Source: a virus. Taken from it: a stretch of DNA of 64,000 nucleotides. The notes under the pieces were generated by a model. It did not search any database, was not told where the DNA came from, and was given only the letters and a program-made list of their open reading frames with translations. How positions within the stretch are numbered: position 1 is the first letter of the stretch; each line of letters starts with the position of its first letter. The position numbers were made by a program, and so were the translations under genes. The DNA lies in IMG/VR virus record IMGVR_UViG_3300030103_005573, positions 14,151 to 78,150 of that record. One strand, written 5' to 3'. Below are positions 10,596-21,507 of this stretch, one piece after another.

Positions 10596-12392
10596 TTAGA
10601 CTATAACTCCAACAATATCAGTATTAGGTAATAAAACCTCGACCACAGAGTCTTGAGGAACTACCATATACCTTCCATCGGTAGACATATTTGATCTTAT
10701 ATCGTATACAACATCACTATATGATCCACCAGTTTTATTTGTAAATTCTATATTTCTTGTATCTGTTACTCCAGGAACATCATTTAAAACTTTGTATATA
10801 TCCGATATGAAGATAGATTCTCCTAGATTAAATTTGACTGTTAAGAAATTATCAATTACAGCCTGGTTGCAAGCTTGTAAAAGTTCGAACTTATTTATGT
10901 CTAGATCTGCAATAACCTCATAGTTTATTCCTATGTTTATTATTTTCCCATCTAAAATATCTATAGTATCATTTATCATCCTATAGTTGTCTAGCCATAA
11001 TTTAAGATTATCTTTTAAAGCAGTGTTTGGCAATGATAAATTACCATTAACATCTTCAGATATAGCGAAGAGATTTAAGTTTCTTTTTAAAGAGTCAACA
11101 TCACGAACAACATTTACTCTTTTAATTTTACCAAATTTGGATGGCATCCTATAACAAACACTGATATAGTCTTCTCTTGTTACTGCTCTATTCTGAGAGG
11201 AGTAAGCACCAAAAGCTCTGATTTTAATCTCTTCTGAAGAAAGATCAGAAGTTTCGCCAACAATAGGCTCCTCATTCTCAACTTCTAGAGAATCAATCAT
11301 TGTATTAATTATTGCCTCAGATAAAGACCCCCTGTCAGAAAACAATAAATTTGGGGCTACAATATTAGTAACAGACCCAACAGATGCATTACTGGTGGCG
11401 CTAGTGTTGGCAGTATAGGTCACAGTAAGAGTTGTATTGGTTGGCACAACTCCAAATTTATCTGTCTTGATCAAATTAGTAGGGTCAAATGTAGTTTGAG
11501 TGACATATGGCTTGCTGTCAATTTCTAAGACAACATCCGCTGGATCAGCTATAACATCTCCTGTAATATTGTCTTCTGAACCATATCCAAATTGAATTTG
11601 TGTTGTACCATCAGGTAGAAAATTGGTAACATATCTTCTAGGAACTGGTGTAACTCTCATATTATATGGCACTGCTTCCCTAGAATCTGAATCTATGTTT
11701 TTTGCTTGTGAAAGAACCACATCTTGTGATAAGTTTTCTACCTCAAAATATTCATTACCCTGAGAATCAACAACAGATATAATTTCTGAGATATTAAACC
11801 TTGACATTTCTAGAGTTAAGAATCTTTGATAATCACCTACCGATATTGTCTCCTCAAATTTTTGACCTGAAACTACTTGTCCATACGCCCTTACTGCGAA
11901 GAAAGTTGGATTACCTGTGCTAGCATCAGTTCTAGCCACCGTTACTTGATTATTTGGATCTGTAAAATCAACATCTTCAATGAGAGTGTATGAGGCACCA
12001 TTATCACCAGATATTATTGTTCCCCTCTGTAATATTGGAAAATAATTCAGGTCTGGTGTTCTAGATGTTGTAGAGACTGGTACCAGCATGTACAAAGTAA
12101 TTTGACCCGTTGCTTTTGCTGCACCTTGATTTTTATATCCAAGTGATTCTGCTAGCCGAGTTACATTATCATACCTTATCGCAGTGTCTAAAAAACTTTC
12201 GTTAGCCTGGAAGTCGGCATAAAAAGATAATTGATCTCCAACGTAGGCGACCAAATCCATCATCAATGCACCAAAAGATGCCTCACTAAAGTCTTTAAAA
12301 GTTGATGGATAATAACGCTTAGCATAATTCTGTAAGTCATTTTTAATTGACTCAAAATCTCTGCTTGTATAATTTATCGGTCTTTTTGCCAT
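10596..12392 (-). CDS. Baseplate wedge subunit (T4 gp6-like)
   Basis: N-terminal INYTSRDFESIKNDL...DFSEASFG...QANESFLDTA and C-terminal QNRAVTREDY are typical gp6/baseplate-J motifs. Confidence 0.9.
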   Translation of the reverse strand: MAKRPINYTSRDFESIKNDLQNYAKRYYPSTFKDFSEASFGALMMDLVAYVGDQLSFYADFQANESFLDTAIRYDNVTRLAESLGYKNQGAAKATGQITLYMLVPVSTTSRTPDLNYFPILQRGTIISGDNGASYTLIEDVDFTDPNNQVTVARTDASTGNPTFFAVRAYGQVVSGQKFEETISVGDYQRFLTLEMSRFNISEIISVVDSQGNEYFEVENLSQDVVLSQAKNIDSDSREAVPYNMRVTPVPRRYVTNFLPDGTTQIQFGYGSEDNITGDVIADPADVVLEIDSKPYVTQTTFDPTNLIKTDKFGVVPTNTTLTVTYTANTSATSNASVGSVTNIVAPNLLFSDRGSLSEAIINTMIDSLEVENEEPIVGETSDLSSEEIKIRAFGAYSSQNRAVTREDYISVCYRMPSKFGKIKRVNVVRDVDSLKRNLNLFAISEDVNGNLSLPNTALKDNLKLWLDNYRMINDTIDILDGKIINIGINYEVIADLDINKFELLQACNQAVIDNFLTVKFNLGESIFISDIYKVLNDVPGVTDTRNIEFTNKTGGSYSDVVYDIRSNMSTDGRYMVVPQDSVVEVLLPNTDIVGVIV

Positions 12393-12409
12393 ATCATCTT
12401 ACCCTAGCT

Positions 12410-12814
12410 TTAATTAGTTAGCTGTGAAGTTATTAACAATTGGTCAGTGCCATCAAATGGCAATATGTTATATTTAATACTTACCTGAACCTCATTAAGT
12501 GCTAATGCCGGGTTTTCATCACTAGTAATAAAATTTATTTTTTCTATATTAACAATTGGCAAATAGAAGTTTGTCTGCTCCACTATCCTATCAGCTAAAT
12601 TACTGAATGTGTCATCATTTACTTGCTCAAACAAAAACCTTCGTAAACCAACACCAAATTCTGGAACCATGACCCTTTCGCCAGGACTAGTCAAAACCAA
12701 CATTTTTAAGTTTTGATTTACTGTTTGCTTCAAATTTTTATTAAGCTGATAGGGTCCATCAGTCGAATCATATATAAGTGGTACTTTTGGCGAGATGCCA
12801 TTTAGTTTAGTCAT
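12410..12814 (-). CDS. Baseplate wedge / sheath-initiator protein (gp25/GPW-like)
   Basis: NLKMLVLTSPGERVMVPEFGVGLRRFLFE is the gp25 signature; adjacent to the gp6-like gene. Confidence 0.9.
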   Translation of the reverse strand: MTKLNGISPKVPLIYDSTDGPYQLNKNLKQTVNQNLKMLVLTSPGERVMVPEFGVGLRRFLFEQVNDDTFSNLADRIVEQTNFYLPIVNIEKINFITSDENPALALNEVQVSIKYNILPFDGTDQLLITSQLTN

Positions 12815-15800
12815 TTGTAATAAGTAGGTTTTCTAGTAATGTTTTCTCTTGTAAAATACGAGCAGACAACGTTGGTGCAATTTCATATATACCTGACAAG
12901 TGTGATATAAATCTTCCAGCCAATTCTAGTCCACTAAGCTCTGGAGGCAAGCCTGGTTGTCCAGGGTTCTCTTCTTCATAGAGTCTTTTTGCTTCCTCGA
13001 ATCTTTCTTTTGTGTAGTCTCCCCATAAACTAAAGTACTCAGATATTGTACTATAATAGCTTTGTGGGGTCAATGGATCAAGATCCTTGTTTAGCCAATC
13101 ATTCTCCAATATGATAACCCATAATTCGTCAGCGCTACGTTCGATTTCAGTCAGTTGTCCAGAGTTCAACCTTTGTCTTGCAGTATCTATAGTCCTATTA
13201 AAATTAAATGGCTTTAGTCCAATCGTTTGTAATGATGTTAGCGCTGCGCTTAATTGTTCATTAAGGACTGCTGCCTGTTCTTCGTTCGCAATAATAAGTT
13301 GCATCCTCAATGACTGAATTGAATTCTCAAGGAGTGCTACTCTTATAGATTCATTTTGAGTTAATTCTCGCCTTTGATTATCTGGTGCGGACCAATTTCT
13401 AAAAATTGTATCCACCTCTTCTCTAGCAAAAGCTCTTATATCCCCACGTATTCTAACACTGCGATCAAGTGGGTTACCTTCTAATATACTTAAGCTGGTT
13501 ACTCTGTCTAAATAAGACATAATCTCATTATTGGCAATTGTGATATCATCAAGATCAAATAAAGAAAATATACCATACCCCTCAGCAGTTGTATTAAAGT
13601 TAATGTATTGGTTCTCTATCGTATTGAACCTAATTTGTACTTCCCTAGTCCTAAAGTATCGAATGGGCAAGTTCGTATCCCAGGTTGATACATATGTTGG
13701 AAATTTAGTTTGTGCATTAGTGAACTGATAAACTGATTGTCCTTTTATGCTTGTTAATAATCCATCATATGAATCTGCAACAGTAGACAGATACCTAGTG
13801 AAAGTATCTTCATATCTTTCCGAGAACTTGATCCCCTTATCATGATATATCATATAGGATGCTATTTGAGGGGCAGCAGGTATAAAATAAGGACTAACAA
13901 GCATACCAAGTTCGGTTATATCTGTTTCAGTATAAAACTCCCTCACCTTCTGCTTTGTTTGCTCCGCCATATTAGCATCCACAATACCATAGTCTCGAAG
14001 ACTTGTTTGAGGATCTGTTATAGTTCTATACAAATCTAATAAAACTTCTTTGTAATTTTGCATAGTATCTTCATTAAATATTGATTTATTAATGCCAGAA
14101 AATACTTGATTTTTAGCAATGTTAGATAACATACTGATATACATTGATTCAATGATGTTTTTAAAATTTTGACTTGGAGAATTTACATCACTAATCAAAG
14201 GGTTGTTTATCATTTTTTCATCGGAAGCTATTCTAGGATAAACTTTTTGTATGACTCCTACTTGACTTTCAAATGGACCCAACATATTATCATAAGACAA
14301 TTCTTGTGTTATTTTTTGAGACAGATAGTCAGATATCAATTTTATAGTACCAACACTGCCCCAGTGAGGATATACAGTTGTCATTGGCATAATATTTAAG
14401 AAGAAATGAAACATATGATTTTGAATGGTTTCCACTGCTATACTAGCTTTGGAAATATCTTGTGCGGTTATGCACTCATCATCTAATTGCGTAAAGGGAA
14501 ATCTGGATATTGACTGAATATATCTTGACATATTCTGTGGTCCATCTTTTGCTATAACGCTATCATTTATTTGAGTGTCAATTCTTCTAGTATAATTTTG
14601 AAGAAACGCTGCTTTAGTGTTTCTACTATATAATCCAACTTGCGTTCCAGGTCCCTTACCTATGGATAATCGATTATAATAAGTCCTAAAGGCTGGGGAT
14701 CCTATTGGTGGCATCATGACCCCGTCCACATTTAAAAACTCAAAATTATTATTCCTATCTAAGCGGATATTATATTCATCTGATTCTAATCCCTTAAATA
14801 TTTGATAATTAATTTGTTCGAAGGTTCCTCTTGTGCCAGCTTTATAGATGTCATCAGAAACCTCATTACAGTTAAATTCATCTGGATTAAAGGAACACAC
14901 CCTCTGTAAAGAATCTTCATTTGGCTCAGTAAAGAAAGAAATATTTATAGATGGATTTCCAAGAGTTAAATATGACGCTCCTGTCCAACCAGTATATGGA
15001 GAACCTAATTCTACTGCTAAAAGATATTTTCGTACCTCACTACTGACCAGGGTTAAAAGGGCACGATCACCCCTGGATCGAGTCCCATCTTGACTTGTCA
15101 ATGTTGCGCCGAGATTTCTCATCCTTTCTGTTGTTAGGAATCTTTTTAATTTCCCCTCTAGAGAAGGCGGGGCAGTTTTTATGGCATAATATGAAGCGTC
15201 ATATGGTTCATATTGTTTTTGAGGTTTTTCTAAAAATTGTGGAATATCAAGACGAGGAGCATTTGGTATCCTACTAACTGTTCCTGGAGGTGGTAGGTCC
15301 CCTGGGTCGGAGTCTGCGAGAAATTCTTGATACTCATCATAGTTAGCTCGATAGTCAGACCAGATATAGTAATAAACAATCTCGTCCAATTGTTCATTGT
15401 TTCTTGCCTGATAATTACCCTCGTAACTAACCTCACCATTAGGACTAGTTCTTATTCGGAATCTTTGTCTTGTAGGACTCCAACTAGATGGTGTCAGGAA
15501 CCCAATTTCCCTATTGTAAGAATATACCTGATTAATTAAAAGCTCTCTTAAAGAAAAGAATATCTGATAAAAGAGTTCGCTTCCAACTTTTGATGAATAT
15601 AAATTATACTCACCCTTTGCCCTTATAAATCTATCTTCTGATTTATCAAACAATGACATCAAAGAATTAGTAAAAAATGCTGTTATTGCGTTACTTGCAA
15701 ACGCAATAACTTTTAAGAAATCATCATACCACTGTAAATCTGGAACTAGATTTAACATCTGTTGAATTCTAAGCTCCATTCCTTGAAATCCTCTCAAGAA

Positions 15801-18737
15801 ATCACAAAGAAAGTTAATTTTGTCTATTTTTGCACTTACAGTTTGTTGATATTGTTCTGCTAAAGCATCAATTTCAATATTTTTGTACCCAAGGTTTCTT
15901 ATAACTCCATCTTCGAAGTTGACATTAGCGCAGTAAACCGATAGTGGTGAACTTTTTACTACGTCCATCCTTCCAAAGTCAAGACTTTCACCAAGCATAT
16001 AAAAGAAATCTGCAATATTTTCTGTTGTAAAATCAATCGTATTATAATTCTCAGGTCTTATATTAAAATTTGGTATTGATTCCTCACCAGAAACTGTCTC
16101 CACAATGTGCTGGATTAAATCATAGTCAGCATCACCATCAAGAAGTTGTTGTAACTCAATAGGGGTACACATTTTAGACACATCATTTATTAATGCTGTT
16201 AACTGTTGCAAGGTTGGTACTCGCTTTATTGTTATTGCTTCACCTTCCTCAGTTTCCTCAGTGGAAACATTATGAAGAGGTGTCTTTCTTGCTATACGAA
16301 CTAAATCAACAAAGCCAATTAAATCTTCTAAATTAGCACTTCCAAATGCTAAAGAAGTTAAAGCACTACTTAAATCTGACTTAGAATTCCTTACCTTTGA
16401 TTTAGGTCCGCAGCCGAATAAAGCATTAACTATATCTTTTACTACACCAGCAACTAGAGATTTAATGAAGTTCTCTATTATTGTTTCAACAGCTTTTCTA
16501 TAAATGTCTGACTGTTTTACTTTTAAAGATACCATCTTGGTTTTTTTAAGCTCAACAGTTGGAGTAAACTGATCAATTGTTTTAGATGTTAAGTATTTTG
16601 CTTCTGGTGGGAGTCCTAAGGGATCTAGAAAATTATCTTCTATAAAGTCTCCTAAAACATCTAAGGAACAAAAGATTTGATCATTTATGAATTTTTCAGC
16701 CGTAACATAAAGTAAATCTTGGTTAGCTTCCGGGTCATCTGCCTCTGATGACCTATTGTTGTAATATAATTCGGAATCTGTCAATACTCTTCTTAGGAAT
16801 TCATCCTCTATCACTTCCTGCTTTAGGATCAATATTGTCTCTTTTATTAGAGATGACATTTTAGTTTTACCAGTGACTGCTTGATAGAATTTTAATGCAT
16901 ATTTAGCAAATTGAGCCTGGGCGGTGTTACAATCCATTGTCGATATGGCTGTAGATATTCTGAACTTTCTCTTTGATCCTGAAAATAGTTTTTCATATTC
17001 TTGTGGACTTACGGAAGTTATCTCCGATAATTTTGTAAAAAGAGTATTCCTTCTCTTGTTTGTTAGGCTAGAGGAATTGCGAGAGTTAAGTCTCTTTACC
17101 TGTGTTGGGTTTAAGTCTGGTGTTGGGTAAATATATTTTTTTACAAAATTAACAGGATCATCAATTATTGGTGAACTATCAGTTGTGTCCTTATATATTC
17201 TCTGAGCGTTTCTTAGAATAGAAAAAGTTGTTGGAGTAAATAAACTAAAAGCATTTACAATTACACTATTGTCTGGACTAAGGTAAGGATTGATACCAAA
17301 CCCACTCGAATAAAATAATCCATTTACAACTATATGATCAATCTTATATCTTGATGTAAAGAATAGTTGGATCTCGTCTGTATCTTCTAAAGAAAATCTG
17401 TTATGATTTGCAAAAAGACCAAACAACTCAAAAAAGTTCTCTAGTTTACTTGCTTCTTGTTCTAAGTTTACACCCTTGATACTTTCTTCGGATATGCCTT
17501 GCTTATCTAACAAAAAACTAACCCTACGAAGTGTCTGCCTAACACTGAGTAGATACCTTAACATGTCTTGGACTGAGAAAGTCAAGCTTTGGGTTGACTT
17601 ATTAGAATTACTAATAAGCTTTTTTGCCTTTTCTAAGGCAGTTAAATCAAACTCTCTCTGTGAAGGTTCTGATGAATCAACAACTTCTCTTAATTGTGCT
17701 ATCTGTTCTGATGGGATTTTAAGACAATACATCCATCTAGACCCTGGTCGTACCCCCTTGTATGTCAAAAGAGGAAAACAATCAACAGACTTTTCTCTTC
17801 TATTGACATTATTGTAAGAATCGGGTGGCACAAAATTTCTTTTTAGAAGATTAAAATTCTGTTCAGAATTTCTTTCTGTTAATTTTAATATTTCTTTAAC
17901 TGCATTCTCTACTGATGAATTATATAATTCTCTTTTAGATTCTTCTAATCTTCTCCAGATCCCGACTGCTGACTCAACGCTTTCTTTTTTGATTCTTGTT
18001 CTTAGACTATTTGCAAATGAGAAAACACTGTTGTCCACTATATCTGTTCTTTTTACATAATAGTAATTTTTATCAACAGGATTATAATATACCTTATCAC
18101 CATCGCCCCCTGGCAATCCATTTTGAGTCCAATCATACAAGTCAACATTTGAATCAGAACTAATATAGACAGCCATTTCTGGCTCAAGCTCCAACTGTTC
18201 CAGACCTTGATTATCAGCATACTGAATATCCGGTAGTTCGAGTGACCTTCTTAAGTTGTTTCTATATTCTTTTGAGTGATCTGGTGCTATAGCTACTAAG
18301 TTTGCTAGATTTTGTTTAGTTTCTCCAGTCTCTGACCCATCGGAGCGGAACTCTGGGAGATAAGTTAACTCTGTTGTATTTGATACATATTTATCAATAA
18401 CATTATTTTGTTGTAAATTTTCTACAACTACCTGTAATATAGCTTTTGATTCTTGAGCACTTATACTCTCTGGTTGTCCATTTACAAGTTTTCCATTTTG
18501 AGGGTAAAGGGCGAAATAAGCAAGGTAATCTCTTTCGGATATTACTAATTCACTGCTTATTAACCGAGTACCCACCAAAGGAAAACTGTAAAAATAAAGA
18601 TACTGCTCATGAATAGCATCTAAGATGTACTTATTTTCTTGCAGATCATACTGGTACCCCACTCCACGGCGACTGTCCGAGTCTAGTGTTTGAGCATATG
18701 GATTAATGATGTTTTTTTGTCGTTCAGTTAGTTGCAT
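12807..18737 (-). CDS. Very large hypothetical virion (baseplate/hub-region) protein
   Basis: 1976 aa open frame between gp5-like and gp25-like genes; no recognisable catalytic motif. Confidence 0.5.
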   Translation of the reverse strand: MQLTERQKNIINPYAQTLDSDSRRGVGYQYDLQENKYILDAIHEQYLYFYSFPLVGTRLISSELVISERDYLAYFALYPQNGKLVNGQPESISAQESKAILQVVVENLQQNNVIDKYVSNTTELTYLPEFRSDGSETGETKQNLANLVAIAPDHSKEYRNNLRRSLELPDIQYADNQGLEQLELEPEMAVYISSDSNVDLYDWTQNGLPGGDGDKVYYNPVDKNYYYVKRTDIVDNSVFSFANSLRTRIKKESVESAVGIWRRLEESKRELYNSSVENAVKEILKLTERNSEQNFNLLKRNFVPPDSYNNVNRREKSVDCFPLLTYKGVRPGSRWMYCLKIPSEQIAQLREVVDSSEPSQREFDLTALEKAKKLISNSNKSTQSLTFSVQDMLRYLLSVRQTLRRVSFLLDKQGISEESIKGVNLEQEASKLENFFELFGLFANHNRFSLEDTDEIQLFFTSRYKIDHIVVNGLFYSSGFGINPYLSPDNSVIVNAFSLFTPTTFSILRNAQRIYKDTTDSSPIIDDPVNFVKKYIYPTPDLNPTQVKRLNSRNSSSLTNKRRNTLFTKLSEITSVSPQEYEKLFSGSKRKFRISTAISTMDCNTAQAQFAKYALKFYQAVTGKTKMSSLIKETILILKQEVIEDEFLRRVLTDSELYYNNRSSEADDPEANQDLLYVTAEKFINDQIFCSLDVLGDFIEDNFLDPLGLPPEAKYLTSKTIDQFTPTVELKKTKMVSLKVKQSDIYRKAVETIIENFIKSLVAGVVKDIVNALFGCGPKSKVRNSKSDLSSALTSLAFGSANLEDLIGFVDLVRIARKTPLHNVSTEETEEGEAITIKRVPTLQQLTALINDVSKMCTPIELQQLLDGDADYDLIQHIVETVSGEESIPNFNIRPENYNTIDFTTENIADFFYMLGESLDFGRMDVVKSSPLSVYCANVNFEDGVIRNLGYKNIEIDALAEQYQQTVSAKIDKINFLCDFLRGFQGMELRIQQMLNLVPDLQWYDDFLKVIAFASNAITAFFTNSLMSLFDKSEDRFIRAKGEYNLYSSKVGSELFYQIFFSLRELLINQVYSYNREIGFLTPSSWSPTRQRFRIRTSPNGEVSYEGNYQARNNEQLDEIVYYYIWSDYRANYDEYQEFLADSDPGDLPPPGTVSRIPNAPRLDIPQFLEKPQKQYEPYDASYYAIKTAPPSLEGKLKRFLTTERMRNLGATLTSQDGTRSRGDRALLTLVSSEVRKYLLAVELGSPYTGWTGASYLTLGNPSINISFFTEPNEDSLQRVCSFNPDEFNCNEVSDDIYKAGTRGTFEQINYQIFKGLESDEYNIRLDRNNNFEFLNVDGVMMPPIGSPAFRTYYNRLSIGKGPGTQVGLYSRNTKAAFLQNYTRRIDTQINDSVIAKDGPQNMSRYIQSISRFPFTQLDDECITAQDISKASIAVETIQNHMFHFFLNIMPMTTVYPHWGSVGTIKLISDYLSQKITQELSYDNMLGPFESQVGVIQKVYPRIASDEKMINNPLISDVNSPSQNFKNIIESMYISMLSNIAKNQVFSGINKSIFNEDTMQNYKEVLLDLYRTITDPQTSLRDYGIVDANMAEQTKQKVREFYTETDITELGMLVSPYFIPAAPQIASYMIYHDKGIKFSERYEDTFTRYLSTVADSYDGLLTSIKGQSVYQFTNAQTKFPTYVSTWDTNLPIRYFRTREVQIRFNTIENQYINFNTTAEGYGIFSLFDLDDITIANNEIMSYLDRVTSLSILEGNPLDRSVRIRGDIRAFAREEVDTIFRNWSAPDNQRRELTQNESIRVALLENSIQSLRMQLIIANEEQAAVLNEQLSAALTSLQTIGLKPFNFNRTIDTARQRLNSGQLTEIERSADELWVIILENDWLNKDLDPLTPQSYYSTISEYFSLWGDYTKERFEEAKRLYEEENPGQPGLPPELSGLELAGRFISHLSGIYEIAPTLSARILQEKTLLENLLITND

Positions 18738-18744
18738 AAATTAG

Positions 18745-19974
18745 TTAGTTTACATTATTAAATCTACTATCAAATCTCCAAGCACCCCATGGATTTTTTT
18801 GACTATAGTTTATTTTATGTTTGATAAAGTTTTTCTCTTGTTCTTTTAGATTTTTTATTTCCAAAGGTAATCTTGCCATTAAGGTTTTAAGTTTTAGTTG
18901 AGATTTTCCGGTAATATCTACAAAAGTCAACATAACTGTTACCAAAAGCTCATATAAGAATGCTGTAGATGCCTGAGAGTCTGCTAATAATTCTAGTAAA
19001 TTGTCCAAAACCTTTGTTAGACTATCAGCTTTAGTCATTGGTTGAAGCCCATAATCATTGTTGCCAGCAATTATGTCTACACCCTGTACACCTAAACCAA
19101 TATAGTATCCAAGTCCATTAAAAGCATCACCACTAGTAACAAGTTTTATACCCTCGTTTCCAACAAGCCTAACAGAATCTGCTTTGATCATAATAGCAGA
19201 ATTGTTTTTTCTGTACCCTACCTTACCAGCGGCAAGATTAAAATATTCTTCACTATCTATATCTTCTGCATTTTGAGTGATGTATATCCTAGCAGCATCG
19301 AGTTCAGGACTCTTGTTTGTATATACTTTATTGCCATCTTTATCGACCTCTCTTGCCAAGGGTCCCGAAAGTCCTGCTACAATATCAATACAACCATTCC
19401 TTGTTCTTGCGCCGCTGCCTGTGCCAGAATCGGGACCTCTTGGTCTGTCACGTCCTTGGATTATAACTGTGTTGTGTTTTCCCTGGATTACATCTTCTGC
19501 TTCAGTAGCGTAATATATTGGGTTTGGTTCTAGGATCTTACTGTTAAAGAATCCAGAAAATTCTGCTGCCACTCTTTCTGGGAAGTTTTGTGAAATATTT
19601 TCTTTACTGTCATCCATTAGTCCCGGCCTAATAGAATCAACAGTAGGCCCATTACCAGGCGGTCTTTCTGGAATATTTGTGGTATCGTCTGGTTCTGTTT
19701 GATTTAGAATATCTAATGATTCTCTTAAATCCTTTTCATTTTCCTCAATTACAGTCGTTAAATCGTCAAGTGCTTCTTGGGTCTGCTCATCATCTGACTG
19801 GATAAAGGATATACTTGATCTAAAAAAATCAGTGTTTGCAGCTTCCTGTTCAGATGTTATTATTATATCTCCAGTATCTGTATTAACATACCTATTAGAT
19901 CCTGGCTCACTTATTAATTTAAAATTAGAGCCTTCATCTCGAAGCCTTTGTATATCTGATTCTGTTGTGCTCAT
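18745..19974 (-). CDS. Baseplate hub/spike protein (gp5 C-terminal-like)
   Basis: Beta-repeat-like stretches (DVIQGKHNTVIIQGRDRP, IDIVAG, IMIKADSVRLVGNEGIKLVT); position between a lytic hub gene and gp25. Confidence 0.55.
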   Translation of the reverse strand: MSTTESDIQRLRDEGSNFKLISEPGSNRYVNTDTGDIIITSEQEAANTDFFRSSISFIQSDDEQTQEALDDLTTVIEENEKDLRESLDILNQTEPDDTTNIPERPPGNGPTVDSIRPGLMDDSKENISQNFPERVAAEFSGFFNSKILEPNPIYYATEAEDVIQGKHNTVIIQGRDRPRGPDSGTGSGARTRNGCIDIVAGLSGPLAREVDKDGNKVYTNKSPELDAARIYITQNAEDIDSEEYFNLAAGKVGYRKNNSAIMIKADSVRLVGNEGIKLVTSGDAFNGLGYYIGLGVQGVDIIAGNNDYGLQPMTKADSLTKVLDNLLELLADSQASTAFLYELLVTVMLTFVDITGKSQLKLKTLMARLPLEIKNLKEQEKNFIKHKINYSQKNPWGAWRFDSRFNNVN

Positions 19975-19976
19975 TG

Positions 19977-21200
19977 TTATGTCCTACAACCAATTTTTCC
20001 ATCTCTATTGACAAATTGAAATGGATAGTTTGTTATATATGCAACAACATCTGCTCTTGTTACATACCCTCTTTGCGCACCACCAAAGACAGGGTTTTGC
20101 TTGGCAAAAATCCTATGAGCATCTGGCGAATTGCTTTTCTCAGTCCCTAATCTATAATCATCTGGCTTATTACGGGCTCTGGGGAATAACACCAATAGAT
20201 ATAATTCTCCGATAGTTAGCGGGCGTCTTATACTTTTAATCCCTTTTCTTATAAAGTAGTCTCTTGCCAAATAAACTTGTTGGGGACCGTCTAATCTTTT
20301 TATATCTAGTGGATTAAGAGAAGCTCCACGCCTTTTAAAATTTCCTGTAATATATCTTTCACCTTTTGGTGTCTTTAATTTTCTCCATTCAAATGCTCCG
20401 CCTCTAAAAATACCTCGATTTTCATCATATTCACACTCAAGTCCATTGGTAGTGAACTGTATAAGCCCTGTAGGAAACTGTCTTCTGGTCTTGGGATTAA
20501 ATGCCCTAGGGTCAATCTGTGATTCAAACTCAAATATTCTAACTAAATCTGCCTTACTAACATTTAAATCTGATGAGACTTCGTCTAGTGCTATATTAAA
20601 GCTAGAATCATTAAGTAAATTTTGTCCACGCAAATAGTTAGCTGCATCTGGTTTACATAAACTAGTTCTCTTTCTGTAACTACCGCCTCCTAGACTTGGA
20701 GCTAAATCAACAATTGAGGTCACTGTAGCAACATCAGAAGCGCTTGAAAATTGATGTTTCTGATTGTCATACGTGAGAGCTACTACAGACCCTACTGGTA
20801 TTTCTCCCTTGTCCCAGCGAGCATAAGGATATAGTTGTAAATATGGATCACTAGCATCACCAAGCTTTGGTTCAGGGAGCCAAAAATGACGGTCATCACT
20901 GATTACTTTTATTCTTACTAGCACATAATTTGCAGTTCCGGGTTTTTCACCCTTTGCAGCTACATCGTAATTTGTTGGATTAATTATTTCTGAACTTAAT
21001 ACTAAGGCATATGGGTTTGTTTTTGATAGTGTAGTATCAGGAGTATAAAAATCCCTGATCATTTGTTTTAAAGCACCCATGGGTGATGATCTGTCTAAAC
21101 CCCACTGCCGCTGCCCTATATCAACACCTAATTGATTTTCTCTTTGTACAAGATATTGCTTCTCATCGTCTGATATTTTTTTATTACTATAAATTGACAT
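19977..21200 (-). CDS. Baseplate hub protein with a lytic transglycosylase/lysozyme-like C-terminal domain
   Basis: Catalytic-Glu motif FESQIDPRAFN, followed by TGLIQF, QQVYLARDYF and LYLLVLFP (SLT-like); N-terminal half resembles a gp5 OB-type region. Confidence 0.7.
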   Translation of the reverse strand: MSIYSNKKISDDEKQYLVQRENQLGVDIGQRQWGLDRSSPMGALKQMIRDFYTPDTTLSKTNPYALVLSSEIINPTNYDVAAKGEKPGTANYVLVRIKVISDDRHFWLPEPKLGDASDPYLQLYPYARWDKGEIPVGSVVALTYDNQKHQFSSASDVATVTSIVDLAPSLGGGSYRKRTSLCKPDAANYLRGQNLLNDSSFNIALDEVSSDLNVSKADLVRIFEFESQIDPRAFNPKTRRQFPTGLIQFTTNGLECEYDENRGIFRGGAFEWRKLKTPKGERYITGNFKRRGASLNPLDIKRLDGPQQVYLARDYFIRKGIKSIRRPLTIGELYLLVLFPRARNKPDDYRLGTEKSNSPDAHRIFAKQNPVFGGAQRGYVTRADVVAYITNYPFQFVNRDGKIGCRT

Positions 21201-21201
21201 T

Positions 21202-21492
21202 CTATTCCTCCTTTAGAATGTCAAACAACTGATTTTTATCATCATCCGTAAGTCCTGCCTGATTAGAGGATTGATCCTTCTTGTAAACTAGAGTCGCTAA
21301 TTTAACTAATTGTTCGTTACTTCTTTGTAGTGTTTCTACAAACTTGGCAGCAGTGGGTCCAGAGTCCGAATAACGATCGTTAGAAACGCTCATGTACTCC
21401 TTTAAATTATCTAGGAGCATTTCTGTTTCTTGCCTGTCCCTATTAATATTTTCTAGGGCTTGTTCGATTAAGGAGTTGAGATCTTTCTTCAT
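21202..21492 (-). CDS. Hypothetical helical protein
   Basis: 96 aa, preceded by the putative late-promoter motif. Confidence 0.6.
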   Translation of the reverse strand: MKKDLNSLIEQALENINRDRQETEMLLDNLKEYMSVSNDRYSDSGPTAAKFVETLQRSNEQLVKLATLVYKKDQSSNQAGLTDDDKNQLFDILKEE

Positions 21493-21507
21493 ACAATAAA
21501 TAGAATG

